Of a stretch of DNA of 64,000 nucleotides, positions 1-10,269 are shown piece after piece. Made by a program: the position numbers and the translations under genes. Position 1 is the stretch's first letter. Every line of letters begins with the position of its first letter. The notes below the pieces were generated by a model. It did no database searches, was not told the origin of the DNA, and was given only the letters and a program-made list of their open reading frames with translations. Source of the DNA: an uncultured Chloroflexia bacterium (GTDB lineage: Bacteria; Chloroflexota; Limnocylindria; Limnocylindrales; CSP1-4); the NCBI GenBank assembly GCA_963749705.1, contig CAVVNQ010000003.1:352001-416000 (forward strand), in the 5' to 3' direction.

Positions 1-101
1 GCGAGCAGGCCGATGGCGATCGCGGACAGCGCGCCCGTGAATACGACGCTGGCCGCAGCGAGCAACCGGGACGGGGCGACGCTCGCCGCCGTGACGGTCA
101 C
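1..101 (-). CDS. 5' end of a probable membrane protein running off the window edge
   Basis: GTG at 101 opens VTVTAASVAPSRLLAAASVVFTGALSAIAIGLL, a hydrophobic helix, and the frame stays open to the edge. Confidence 0.4.
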   Translation of the reverse strand, partial: MTVTAASVAPSRLLAAASVVFTGALSAIAIGLL

Positions 102-310
102 GGAGTGCCCTGGCCGGGTCGAAGCCAGAGCGCCACGCCCGGACCTTCAGCCGGCCGGCGCAGCATCTGTGCAGCATCGTCGACCAGCCACGGGACCACG
201 TGGCGACGGCCGGGCACTTGTTGCGGGGACGCGGTCATGGCACCGGATGCTCGGATGACACCGTTCCCGAAACGTTACGAGATTCCTCGAAAACAAGCTA
301 CCGTGACGCG

Positions 311-3218
311 ATGTCCAGAGAGGTGACTGTGCCACCCGCCCCTCCCGCCCCGGACACCGGGCTCGAGATCCGCGTGCTCGGGCCGCTCGAGGTCCGGGTG
401 GCCGGCGCGCCGCTCGTCGTGGATACGCGCAAGGCGCTCGCGATCCTCACCCTGCTCGCCGCCGAAGGTCGGCCATTCGCGCGCGAGGAGCTGGCGGCGA
501 TGCTGTGGCCCGAGTCGGACGACGAATCGGCGCGCGGCGCGCTGCGACGGACGCTGTCCGTGCTCCGCGGGGCCCTCGGAGACCGCTGGATCCGGGTTGA
601 TCGGTCCACGGTCGCCCTCGACCCGTCGGGAACCTGGGTCGACCTGTCGGCCGTGGAGGCCGCGGGCCCCGAAGCGTCAGGGCCCGCGCTGCGGGAGGCG
701 GCCGCCGCCGCCAGGGGTCCCTTCCTCGCGGGGTTCGCACTGCGCGACAGCGCTGCGTTCGACGACTGGCGGGCAACGCGGGCGGTCGCGGCGGAGCGAG
801 CCGTTGCCGGCGTGCTCGATCGGCTCGCGGCGACCGCGGAGGCGGAGGGGGACATCCCGGCCGCCGTCGCCGCCGCAGCACGCCGTGTAGATCTCGATCC
901 GCTCGACGAGCCTGCGCAGCAACGCCTGATGCGGCTCCTTGCCCGCTCGGGTGACCGGGCGGGCGCAATCCGTCAGTACCGCTCGTGCGTCGCCGTGCTG
1001 GAGCGGGAGCTCGGCGTCTCCCCGCTGGCGGAGACCACGGAGCTGTACGAGGCGATCCGTGACGATCGACCCTCGGCCGCGACCTCGCCGGACGCGCCTG
1101 ACGCACCGACGGCGGCATCGGCTCGACACGGAGATCGCACCCCACCCGTCCCCATCCGGTTGCCACTGGTCGGGCGCGATCGCGATCTGCGTGCCCTCGC
1201 GGATGCCCACCGCGCAGCGGGCATCGACGGGCGCGTCGCCTACGTCACCGGCGAGGCGGGGATCGGGAAGTCGCGCCTCGCCGAGAGCGTTCGCGCCAGC
1301 GTGAACGCGGCTGGCGGCACGGCGCTCATGGCGCGCTCGTTCGCGTCGGAGGCCGGCATCGCCTACGGGCTCATCGTGGAGCTGCTGCGCGTCGGGCTCG
1401 CACGTCCGGACGCCGTCGACCGGCTGCGGGACCTGCCGGACGCCACCGTCGTGGAGCTCGAGCGCCTCGTGCCCATGCCCGCCGATCTGTCGCGCCGCCG
1501 GCCGGTCCGGGAGGTCCGCGCCGGGACCGATGACGGACCGGCAGCGCGGGTCCGCCTGCTGGAAGCCGTCGCAAGCGCCCTCGTTGCGCTCGTGGCCGGA
1601 CCGGTGCCGGGGCTGATCACGGCGGAGGACCTCCAGTGGGCGGACGATGCGTCGCGCGAGTCGCTCACGTGGCTGGGTCGCCGGCTGGCGGGTCGCCCGC
1701 TCCTGCTCGTCCTCACCTGGCGCCCGGAGGATCTCGATGAGCTTGGCAGCGCCTTCGTGGCCACGATCGAGACCCTCCCGGAGGCCGCGCCGATCGCCCT
1801 TCGCCGACTCGAACGCGAGGACGTCGAGCAGCTCGTGGCGGCGGCATCCGTCGCGGGCCAGTCGCCAATGGCCGTCGACGCCCTGCTCCAGGAGAGCGAG
1901 GGCCTGCCCCTGTACGTGGTCGAGGCGCTTGCGACGGGGACCGGCCTCATCGAGGGACCGGCGCGGAGCGTCCGCACGCTGCTCCGGGAACGGCTCGCCT
2001 CGGTCAGCGAGACGGCCGGGCAGGTGCTGTCTGCGGCCGCGGTCATCGGCCGCTCGTTCGACCTGCCCCTCGTGCGGGGAACGAGCGGTCGCTCCGATGA
2101 CGAGACCGTGACGGCGCTCGAGGAGCTGGTGCGGCGCGGCATTGTCCGCGACGTTCCGGCGGCGCCGGAGGTTGCCTTCGACTTCGTCCACGCCAAGCTT
2201 CGCGACGCCGCCTACGAGGCGACCAGCCTCGCCCGCCGCCGGCTGCTCCATCGCCGGACGGCTGAGCTCCTCAGGCTCGATGTCGCGGGCCGTGACGACC
2301 CCGCCCGAATGGTCCAGGTGGCGACCCACGAGCGTGCGGCGGGCCGCGAGGCGGAGGCTGCGGAGGCGTTCCGCCAGGCCGGGGTGCGCGCCCGGGCGCT
2401 GTTCGCGAATCGCGAGGCAGCCTCGCATCTCGAGACGGCGATCGCGCTGGGACATCCGGACGGAGCCGCGATCCAGATCCTGCTGGGCGAGGTCCGGACC
2501 GCCCTGGGCGACTACACCGGGGCCATCGCCGCGCTCGAGGCCGCTGCCGCGGCGGCCTCGGACGACGACCTTCCGGGGGTCGAGCTTCGGCTCGGGAGGG
2601 TGCACGCGCGCCGGGGCGACCTCGCGACCGCGGCCAGCCACCTTGACGCGGCGGTCGCGACGCTCGAGCTCGGGGAGACGGCTGCCGGCTCCCGGGTCCT
2701 CGTGCGGGCGCTGGTCGAGCGGGCGGTGGTGGCGCATCGTGCGGGTGAGCTCGACCTCGCCCAGCTGGCGGCCGCTCGCGCGCTCGGCATCGCGCAGGCC
2801 GCCAACGACGATCCGGGCGCCGGTGCGGCCCATCGGCTCCTGGGGCTCATCGCCCGCGAGACGGGTGACCTGGACGCCGCCCGCGCGTCCCTCGAGCAGA
2901 GTCTCGACGCTGGCAGCCACCGATCCGGACGCCGGGGCGGCGATCGCGGCCCGCAACGCACTGGCCCTCGTGGAGGCAGCCGCCGGCGACAGGGCGGCCG
3001 CGATGGCGCTTCTCGAGGAAGCCCTCGTCGAATGCCGGCGGACCGGCGAGCGCCACCTTGAAGCCGCGGTTGAGAACAGCCTCGCGGACCAGCTGCACGC
3101 GTTGGGCCGGATCGACGAATCGATGGCCCACCTCAAGCAGGCGGTGGCGATCTTCGCCGAGGTCGGAGGGAATCCCGGTGAGCTTGAGCCGGAGATCTGG
3201 AAGCTCGTCGCCTGGTAG
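311..3218 (+). pseudogene. SARP/BTAD-STAND ATPase-TPR transcriptional regulator, frameshifted near 2906 (pseudogene or sequencing error)
   Basis: N-terminal LEIRVLGPLEV and RKALAIL wHTH, BTAD (DPLDEPAQQRLM), Walker A GEAGIGKS, Walker B EDLQWAD; the TPR C-terminus (ARNALALVE...EPEIWKLVAW) continues in a different frame after CTC-G-ACG at 2903-2909. Confidence 0.8.
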
Positions 3219-3243
3219 GCGCGATCGACGTCGCCGTTGGCGG

Positions 3244-3696
3244 TTACGAGCCCAGGGACCCCCGATCGAACCAGATCCGCTCGCCGCGGAACAGCCGAGT
3301 GGCCGGATCCCATGGGAACAGGATCAGCACACCCAGGCTGACCGGCAGCCCTGAGGCGGGAACCCCGGCCCACGGTCCGAGGTTCGTACCCGTGAGCTCG
3401 GCCGCTTCGAACACGCCCTGCGGCCCGACCACGATGTCGGTCAACCCGAACCGGTTGTCCGGGAACGCGGCGAACAGCTCGGTGTAGAACGCCCGCGCCC
3501 CCTCGTGGCCCTCCCAGCGCTGGCCGGTCGGCACGATCTCGTACACGCAGTTCGGCGCGAGCGTTGCGATCAGCCCGTCGATGTCCCGTCCGTCCTCGGC
3601 GATCGAGTGCCGGATCCACAGGCGCTTGATGGCGCGCAGCTCCAGCGGGTCGAACCGCCGGGCGAGGCGGGACCGGACGCTCCCCTCGGCAGTCAC
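3244..3696 (-). CDS. SnoaL-like ester cyclase / NTF2-fold protein
   Basis: DIDGLIATLAPNCVY, GHEGARAFYTELFAAFPD and GTNLGPWAGVPASG match the SnoaL pattern. Confidence 0.8.
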   Translation of the reverse strand: MTAEGSVRSRLARRFDPLELRAIKRLWIRHSIAEDGRDIDGLIATLAPNCVYEIVPTGQRWEGHEGARAFYTELFAAFPDNRFGLTDIVVGPQGVFEAAELTGTNLGPWAGVPASGLPVSLGVLILFPWDPATRLFRGERIWFDRGSLGS

Positions 3697-3990
3697 TCAG
3701 CGATCCTCGCGGACCACGCTCAGCCCGCGCGCGTGGGCAAGCGCGAGCACGTACGACGCCGCGCCGACCGCGGGGTCGCTCTCGCGATCCGGCGGCTCGT
3801 CGCCGTCGTCCGCGCGGTCCGGCGCACCCAGCAGCCGGAGTGTTCCGCCGTCGGCGGCCAGCCGGTCAAGGATCCGCTCCAGGTCCTCATTGCCGACCGC
3901 CACGAACCGCGAGCCGACGTCGACGGTGATCGAGGCGTCGGCGTCAACGAAGATCGTGAGATCAGCGGCGCGGGCGTCTCCGATCCCCAT
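3697..3990 (-). CDS. hypothetical protein (97 aa)
   Basis: ATG 8 nt after the tldE stop and abutting the SnoaL start, so it fills the operon gap exactly. Confidence 0.6.
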   Translation of the reverse strand: MGIGDARAADLTIFVDADASITVDVGSRFVAVGNEDLERILDRLAADGGTLRLLGAPDRADDGDEPPDRESDPAVGAASYVLALAHARGLSVVREDR

Positions 3991-3998
3991 CCGGCGAT

Positions 3999-5369
3999 CT
4001 AGCCCTCGGCCGTCGCGCCGGTGAACGAGAACGACGACAGCCGGAGCGAGGGCACGACGCTCCCGCCCAGGAAGCCACGCAGGCACCGGCGCTCGCGTCC
4101 CACGGCCTCCACGTTGGCCAGGGCGTCGAGGTACGACATCGTGTAGCGCAGGTTGCGGACGGCGCCGACGACCTTGCCGTCCTCGACCAGGAACGTCCCG
4201 TCGCGCGTCATCCCGGTGATCACGACGCGCTTGGGGTGGACCGGGTTGGTGTAGTGGAACCGGGTCACCAGCAGGCCCCGCTCGAGCCCGCCCACGAGGT
4301 CGTCGTAGGTGGTGTCCCCCGCGGCCATCACCATGTTGGTGGGGAACGGGCCGTACGGGTTCGGCGCGGGCAGCCCATGACCCGTCGACGCCCGCCCGGC
4401 GCGCGCGGCGGTCTGCTGGTCGAACGCCAGGTCGCGGCAGGCGCCCGCATCGAGCAGCGCGAGCCGCTGCTTGGGCACGCCCTCGGCATCGAACCCGGCC
4501 GGCAGGCCGGCCGGGTCGCGACCGTCGTCGACGATCGTCACCAGCGTCGATGCGACCTGCTTGCCCGCCTCGAAGAACGACCGGTCCTCCTGGACGGCGA
4601 GGGCGGAGAGCCCCAGGTACCCGACCATGTCCAGCAGGTCGACGACGGCGTAGTGGTGCAGCACGACCGGATAGTCGCCGGGTGCGAGCGCCACTGGATT
4701 GGCGCTGGCCGTCGCGCGCTCGGCGGCCTCGCGCCCGATCGCGGCGGCATCGATGACCGTCGCGTCGACCGAGCACTGCTCCGCGTATCCGGTGCCGTTG
4801 TCGGGGCCCATGGTCACCGTGAGCAGCTGCGAGCTGGTCCGACGCTCCGCGGCCCGGATCCCGTGCGAGTTGGCGACCGCGATCGCCTCCACGTCGGTCG
4901 AGAACGAGCCGTACGCCGTGACGCCGGCCGCGTCCGCGGCCGCGATGACCGCCCGGGCTCCATCAGCGCGGAGCTCGGGCGTGGCGCCTGCCGTGCCGTC
5001 GGACCAGGCGATCTCGACCGGTGCCACGGTTCCGCCGTCGGGCAGCCCGGCCCAGTCCTCGAGCTCTTCAACATTGGCCGCGATCGCCGTGGCCCGCTCG
5101 ACCAGGGCGCGCAGCCCCTCGGCGTCCGTTCGACCCGTCGAGGCCACCCCCACCCGACGGCCGCTCACGAAGCGCAGGTTGACCAGGACCTCGTCGCTGG
5201 CGACGTTCTGGTGGATCTCCGAGTTGGCAAACCGGGTGAGTGCGGATTCGCCGGACACGACGAGCGCCTCGGCCTCGGTCGCGCCGGCCTTCGAGGCCAG
5301 GTCGACCACGAGCTCCGCGAGCCGCAGTGCCTCGGTCGGATCGCCGCCGATGCCGTGCCTGTCGCTCAT
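3999..5369 (-). CDS. pmbA: TldE/PmbA family protein
   Basis: TRFANSEIHQN, FDAEGVP, STGHG and TGMTRDGTFLVEDGK; start overlaps the tldD stop. Confidence 0.88.
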   Translation of the reverse strand: MSDRHGIGGDPTEALRLAELVVDLASKAGATEAEALVVSGESALTRFANSEIHQNVASDEVLVNLRFVSGRRVGVASTGRTDAEGLRALVERATAIAANVEELEDWAGLPDGGTVAPVEIAWSDGTAGATPELRADGARAVIAAADAAGVTAYGSFSTDVEAIAVANSHGIRAAERRTSSQLLTVTMGPDNGTGYAEQCSVDATVIDAAAIGREAAERATASANPVALAPGDYPVVLHHYAVVDLLDMVGYLGLSALAVQEDRSFFEAGKQVASTLVTIVDDGRDPAGLPAGFDAEGVPKQRLALLDAGACRDLAFDQQTAARAGRASTGHGLPAPNPYGPFPTNMVMAAGDTTYDDLVGGLERGLLVTRFHYTNPVHPKRVVITGMTRDGTFLVEDGKVVGAVRNLRYTMSYLDALANVEAVGRERRCLRGFLGGSVVPSLRLSSFSFTGATAEG

Positions 5370-6808
5370 CCCATGACCCCGACGCGCACGTTGCGGAACC
5401 GCGCGCCGGAGACGCCGTGGCCGACGTGTCCGGTCTGCGGCGGCTCGCCCTTGCCGCAGTTCGGGGTGGCCCACATTCGCCACGAGCTTGCGTCGCCGAC
5501 CGCGTCCATCGAGCGCCACAGCTCGTAGGTGATCCCGGTATAGGTGCCGTTGCGGTACAGCCGGCCCGGCTTGCCGCCCTTGATCTCGCGGCAGATCTCG
5601 GTCCCGAACTGGAAGTTGAGCCGGCGGTCGTCGATCGACCAGCTGCGGTTGGTCTCGAACATGATCCCGTCGTCGGTGTCCGCGACGATGTCCTCGAAGC
5701 TCATCCCGGGCCTGGGCAACAGGTTGACGTTGGTCATCCGGATCAACGGGATCCGGTTCCAGCCGTCGGCGCGCATCGCGCCACCGGACTGGCGTCCGAT
5801 CCGCGGGGCGGTCTCGCGGGAGCTGAGATAGCCGACGAACATCCCCTCCCTGATCAGGGGCACCTGCTGGGCGACCACACCCTCGTCGTCCCATCCGAAG
5901 CTGCCCAGGCCACCGGGAACGGTGGCGTCGGCGACGATGTCGCACAGCTCGGAGCCGTATCGGAAGCCGTCCAGGAGGTCGGGCGTCAGGAAGCTCGTTC
6001 CGGCGTAGCTCGCCTCGGTGCCGAAGGCTCGATCGAGCTCGGTCGGGTGGCCGCAGCTCTCGTGGACCTGCATGTACAGCTGGCTGGGATGGAGCAGGAT
6101 CGTGCGGGTTCCGGCCGGCAGGGGCGGGGCGCTCAGGAGCTCGACCGCCTCGGCGGCGATGCGCTCGGCGTTCGCCTCCAGGTCCATCGCCCGGACGAAC
6201 TCGTAGCCGGCCGACGCCCACAGGCCGCCATTGTCCGGGTAGCTGCGGCGCTGGTGCTCATCGTCCGCGATGGCGTCGGCCTCGAGGCCGCTGCCGATGT
6301 GGGTGATCACCTGCTCCGTGTAGCTGCCGTCGGAGGCGGCGAACGTCTTCGACTCGCGCTGGGCCGCGTACATGGACTCGGTGAAGGTGATGCCCTTGAC
6401 GCCGTTCATGGCCCGGTCCGCGGCGAGCAGGAGCTCGACCTTCTGATCGAGCGGGACGGCGAACGGATCCTCGACCACCGGCGACTCGAACCTGCCGTTC
6501 GCGGGCGGGCGGTCGTCGAGGCGGACCGGGTTCCGGATGGCAGTCGCGCTGGCCCTGGCGATCCGGACGGCGTCCGCCGCGACCCGGTCGGCTTCGCCGG
6601 TGCTCAGGTGATGGCTTGCGGCGAAGCCCCACGCGCCGTTCACGAGGACCCGGATGCCGAAGCCCTCGGTCTCGCCCGACGACACGCCTTCGACCCGAGC
6701 CGACTTGATGTTGATCGACTCCTCGATCCGTCGCACGACGCGCACATCGGCGTACGTCGCGCCCAGGGCAGTCGCCGTGTCGAGGGCACGGCCGGTGAGA
6801 TCACGCAT
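5366..6808 (-). CDS. tldD: TldD metalloprotease
   Basis: HExxxH motif VHESCGH, WDDEGV, RMTN and CGKGEP. Confidence 0.92.
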   Translation of the reverse strand: MRDLTGRALDTATALGATYADVRVVRRIEESINIKSARVEGVSSGETEGFGIRVLVNGAWGFAASHHLSTGEADRVAADAVRIARASATAIRNPVRLDDRPPANGRFESPVVEDPFAVPLDQKVELLLAADRAMNGVKGITFTESMYAAQRESKTFAASDGSYTEQVITHIGSGLEADAIADDEHQRRSYPDNGGLWASAGYEFVRAMDLEANAERIAAEAVELLSAPPLPAGTRTILLHPSQLYMQVHESCGHPTELDRAFGTEASYAGTSFLTPDLLDGFRYGSELCDIVADATVPGGLGSFGWDDEGVVAQQVPLIREGMFVGYLSSRETAPRIGRQSGGAMRADGWNRIPLIRMTNVNLLPRPGMSFEDIVADTDDGIMFETNRSWSIDDRRLNFQFGTEICREIKGGKPGRLYRNGTYTGITYELWRSMDAVGDASSWRMWATPNCGKGEPPQTGHVGHGVSGARFRNVRVGVMG

Positions 6809-6919
6809 CAGGCGGAGGGTACCGCGTGCATTGGCCACGCGCCGCTAGGGCGTTCGGCGTAGCGGGCGCTCGGTGCCAGGGTCGGTGCCGGCCGGCCGAT
6901 CCCCCGTACACTCGTGCTC

Positions 6920-7615
6920 GTGGATACGCCCGAAACGCCGGCCGAACGAGGCCTGTTCATCACCCTCGAGGGTCCGGACGGATCGGGGAAGTCCAGCCTC
7001 ATGCCGCGGCTCGCGAGGGTGCTCCGTGCGGGCGGCTGCGAGGTCGTCACCACCCGCGAGCCGGGGTCGACGCCGCTGGGCGAGCAGATCCGGCGGCTGG
7101 TGCTCGATACCGAGCCGCGGATCGATCGCACGGGCCTTGCGGATGCGCTCCTGTTCGCCGCCGCGCGAGCACAGCACGTGACCGAGGTGATCGGCCCGGC
7201 GCTCGAACGGGGCGCGGTCGTGGTGTGCGATCGGTACGCCGACTCCTCGCTGGCGTACCAGGGACGCGGGTCGGGGGTCCCGATGGCCGAGCTCGCGGCG
7301 GTGCAGCGGCTCGCGACCGGAGGCCTGGTGCCCGATCTCACGATCCTGCTCGACATTCCGGTCGAGGTCGGCCTGGGCCGCAAGGCGGTCGAGATGACCC
7401 GCTTCGAGGCGTTCCAGGACCTCGAGTATCACGAGCGCGTGCGAGCGGCGTTTCTCGGGTTCGCGGCCGCTGAGCCCGGGCGCTATGCGATCGTCGATGC
7501 GACCGGCGACGAGGCCGCGGTGCTGGCCGGAGCCGTGGCGGCCGTCGGCAGGGTTGCCGACCGCCTTCCATGTCTGGCGGTCGCCGTACGCAGCGTCGAG
7601 ACGGAGCGCGGCTGA
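6920..7615 (+). CDS. tmk: thymidylate (dTMP) kinase
   Basis: FITLEGPDGSGKSS, TREPG and CDRYADSSLAYQG; GTG at 6920 lies 7 nt after a TACACT -10 box. Confidence 0.95.
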   Translation: MDTPETPAERGLFITLEGPDGSGKSSLMPRLARVLRAGGCEVVTTREPGSTPLGEQIRRLVLDTEPRIDRTGLADALLFAAARAQHVTEVIGPALERGAVVVCDRYADSSLAYQGRGSGVPMAELAAVQRLATGGLVPDLTILLDIPVEVGLGRKAVEMTRFEAFQDLEYHERVRAAFLGFAAAEPGRYAIVDATGDEAAVLAGAVAAVGRVADRLPCLAVAVRSVETERG

Positions 7616-7671
7616 CAGCTTCCTGAGCCGCCGTTCGCGGCGCGCGGGATGCGCAGCGTTGCGCCCGCCGG

Positions 7672-8694
7672 CTACGAGCCGACGCTGCCGGCCGCCTCCG
7701 AGATCGACGCCGTGCCGGCGGCGCTCGCGAGCGCCGCACGGGCGGCACCGATCAGCGCCTCGGCATCGCCGCCATCCTGGGGGAACCTGGCGACGCCGGC
7801 CGATACCGTCACGGGGAGGTCCTCCACGGTCTCCAGCGAGGCGATCCCGTCGAGCACCCGGTGCGCGACGGTGACCCCGGCCGAGCCCGGCGCCACGAGC
7901 ACGAACTCGTCACCACCCGTGCGGGCGATGGTGTCGACCAGCCGGACGTTCGAGGCCAGCACGGCCGCAACCTGGCGCAGGACCTGGTCACCGGCGCGCG
8001 ACCCCGCCGACGTGTTGAGCGCCGTGAACCCGTCGACGTCGAACACCGCCACCGAGACCTCGCTGCCCTGGCGCTGGGCGCGCGCCACCTCGAGCTCCAG
8101 GATGCGGGTCAGCGTCCGGGCGTTGGACAGCCCGGTCAGGGCGTCCGTGTGCGCGACCCGCTCGAACCACTCGGCGCGTTCGGCTGCGAGCGAGGCCGTC
8201 CGGAACGCCGAGATCGCCGACGCGGCGAGGTCCGCGATCGCGACCAGGAGCGTCTCCTCGGACGCCCCGACCTCATGGGACCCGGGCCAGCCGAAGGTGA
8301 GCACGCCCACCCCGTCCTCGACGCCCCCGGTTGCGACGACCAGCGGCAGGTCGACGAACGTCATGGTGTCGCCGCCAGCCATCTCGCCCGTCCGCCCGAG
8401 CGAACCGGTCCGGTCGACCGCCGCCCGACGGATCGGATGCCCGGGATTGCCCGACACCTCCGCGGCAAAGCCGTCGGCGCGATCCTCCGGCATGCCCAGC
8501 GTCAGCAGCAGCTCGAGACCAGCGCCGTCGGTGTCCAGTGTGAACACCGCGGCGGTTGCCGCATGCACGGCAGCCGAACCGGCTTCCGCGATGACCGACA
8601 GCGCAGTGTCCAGGTCCTCGGCGCGAGCGAGCGCCGCGGCGCCAGCAGACAGAACGGTGAGCGGGCCGTCGCCGGCGCCGATGGAGTCCGACAC
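7672..8694 (-). CDS. GAF + GGDEF domain protein
   Basis: TDALTGLSN, FDVDGF and RLVD-x5-GGDEF; GGAGG RBS before the GTG. Confidence 0.88.
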   Translation of the reverse strand: MSDSIGAGDGPLTVLSAGAAALARAEDLDTALSVIAEAGSAAVHAATAAVFTLDTDGAGLELLLTLGMPEDRADGFAAEVSGNPGHPIRRAAVDRTGSLGRTGEMAGGDTMTFVDLPLVVATGGVEDGVGVLTFGWPGSHEVGASEETLLVAIADLAASAISAFRTASLAAERAEWFERVAHTDALTGLSNARTLTRILELEVARAQRQGSEVSVAVFDVDGFTALNTSAGSRAGDQVLRQVAAVLASNVRLVDTIARTGGDEFVLVAPGSAGVTVAHRVLDGIASLETVEDLPVTVSAGVARFPQDGGDAEALIGAARAALASAAGTASISEAAGSVGS

Positions 8695-8974
8695 GTGTGC
8701 CTCCGCGTGCTGCCGGATCGGGGCGGGCTCCCGGGTCGCTGGGCGGCGCCCTCGCGCCCGATCGAGGCGAGTCGGCATCGTACACCGTCGATCGGGCCCG
8801 GGACCCGTTCCGGGTGCGCGCGAGCGCGCCGAGCGCGAGACTGCGACCCCGAGCCGCGCCACCGCGGCGCCGAGCGTGCGCGACTGGGAACCCCGAGCCT
8901 GCGCGACCACGCCGAGCGTCGGGCGAACCGTCGCGGCCTGATCGCGCGTCTCCGGGTGGGCTATCCTCGCGTCG

Positions 8975-9304
8975 ATGAAGCTCGTCGTCGCCATCGTCCA
9001 CAACGAAGATGCCGGCGCCCTCGTGGACGCCCTCCTCGAGCGCGAGTACCGCGCGACGCGGCTTCACTCGTCCGGCGGCTTCCTCAAGCAGTCAAACGCG
9101 ACGGTCATGGTGGGCGTCGAGGAGCCGCAGGTCGAGGAGGTGCTCGCGATCGTGCGCGAGAGCTGCCACGCGCGGACGCAGATCGTGAACCCGATGCCAC
9201 CGATCATGGAGCCCGGCGAGTTCTTCATGCCCTACCCGCTGGAGGTGGAGGTCGGCGGCGCCACGGTGTTCGTGCTTCCCGTGGAGCGCTTCGAGCGCCT
9301 GTGA
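8975..9304 (+). CDS. darA: PII-like cyclic-di-AMP receptor (DarA/PstA/YaaQ family)
   Basis: MKLVVAIV, SGGFLK-N-T and YPLEVEVGGATVFVLPVE as in B. subtilis DarA; close to tmk as in Firmicutes. Confidence 0.92.
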   Translation: MKLVVAIVHNEDAGALVDALLEREYRATRLHSSGGFLKQSNATVMVGVEEPQVEEVLAIVRESCHARTQIVNPMPPIMEPGEFFMPYPLEVEVGGATVFVLPVERFERL

Positions 9305-10233
9305 ACCGGGTGTTCCGCAGGCTCCTGCTGTGGTTCGCGCGCAACGCCTGGATGCGCGAGCGGCTGCCCAGGCTCCCGTTCATGCGCCGCGCGGTCGCAC
9401 GGTTCATGCCCGGCGAGGACATCGACGACGCGCTCGGCGCGGCGTTCGAGCTCCACGTGCTGGGCATCGGGACGCTGTACACGAAGCTGGGCGAGAACCT
9501 GACCGAGATCGAGCAGGCGCAGGGCGTCGCAGATCACTATCGGGAGCTGCTGGGCCGGATCAAGGCCGCCGAGATCGACGGCGAGATCAGCGTCAAGCCC
9601 ACGCAGCTGGGCCTGGATATCGACGAGGACGTCTGCTTCGGGCACCTGCGCGTGCTCGCGGGCGCGGCCGAGGCGCAGGGTTCCTACCTGTGGATCGACA
9701 TGGAGGACAGCAGCTACGTCGACCGGACCATCGACCTCTACCAGCGACTCCGGGCGTCGCATCCGCGAACGGGGATCTGCCTCCAGGCGTACCTCCGGCG
9801 CACCGCCCGGGACGTGGAGCGGCTGCTGCCGCTGAACCCGGCGATCCGCCTGGTCAAGGGGGCCTACGACGAGCCGCGTGACGTCGCCTTCCGCTCGAAG
9901 CGCGAGGTCGACGCCAACTACCTGGCGGTCGCCGTGACCCTGCTCCGCGAGAGCCGGACCCGCGACATCCGGCTGGGCCTCGGCACGCACGACGTTGCCC
10001 TGGTGGAGCAGATCGCCGGCCATGCGGCGGCCGCGGGGGTCCAGAAGGACGGGTTCGAGGTCCAGATGCTGTACGGCATCCGCGCGAAGGAGCAGCGCCG
10101 GCTCGCACGCGCCGGGTTCCGGGTGCAGACGCTGATCGCGTACGGGACCGCGTGGTACCCGTGGTACATGCGCCGGCTCGCCGAGCGGCCGGCGAACGTG
10201 CTGTTCGCGCTGCGCCAGCTGTTGCCGGGCTGA
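9301..10233 (+). CDS. monofunctional proline dehydrogenase
   Basis: RFMPGE, ISVKPTQLG, IDMEDS, LQAYL, RLVKGAY, GTHD, QMLYG and WYPWYMRRLAERP. Confidence 0.93.
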   Translation: MNRVFRRLLLWFARNAWMRERLPRLPFMRRAVARFMPGEDIDDALGAAFELHVLGIGTLYTKLGENLTEIEQAQGVADHYRELLGRIKAAEIDGEISVKPTQLGLDIDEDVCFGHLRVLAGAAEAQGSYLWIDMEDSSYVDRTIDLYQRLRASHPRTGICLQAYLRRTARDVERLLPLNPAIRLVKGAYDEPRDVAFRSKREVDANYLAVAVTLLRESRTRDIRLGLGTHDVALVEQIAGHAAAAGVQKDGFEVQMLYGIRAKEQRRLARAGFRVQTLIAYGTAWYPWYMRRLAERPANVLFALRQLLPG

Positions 10234-10269
10234 GGCCGGCCACCCGCCGGCGCCCGGACCCGCAGCCCG

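Noticed and set aside
98-238. 46-codon minus-strand ORF divergent from the SARP gene
   Set aside because: No RBS, motif or other support
311-3218. STAND-TPR protein as an Avs-type antiphage system
   Set aside because: The N-terminus is a SARP DNA-binding/BTAD module typical of transcription regulators, with no effector domain
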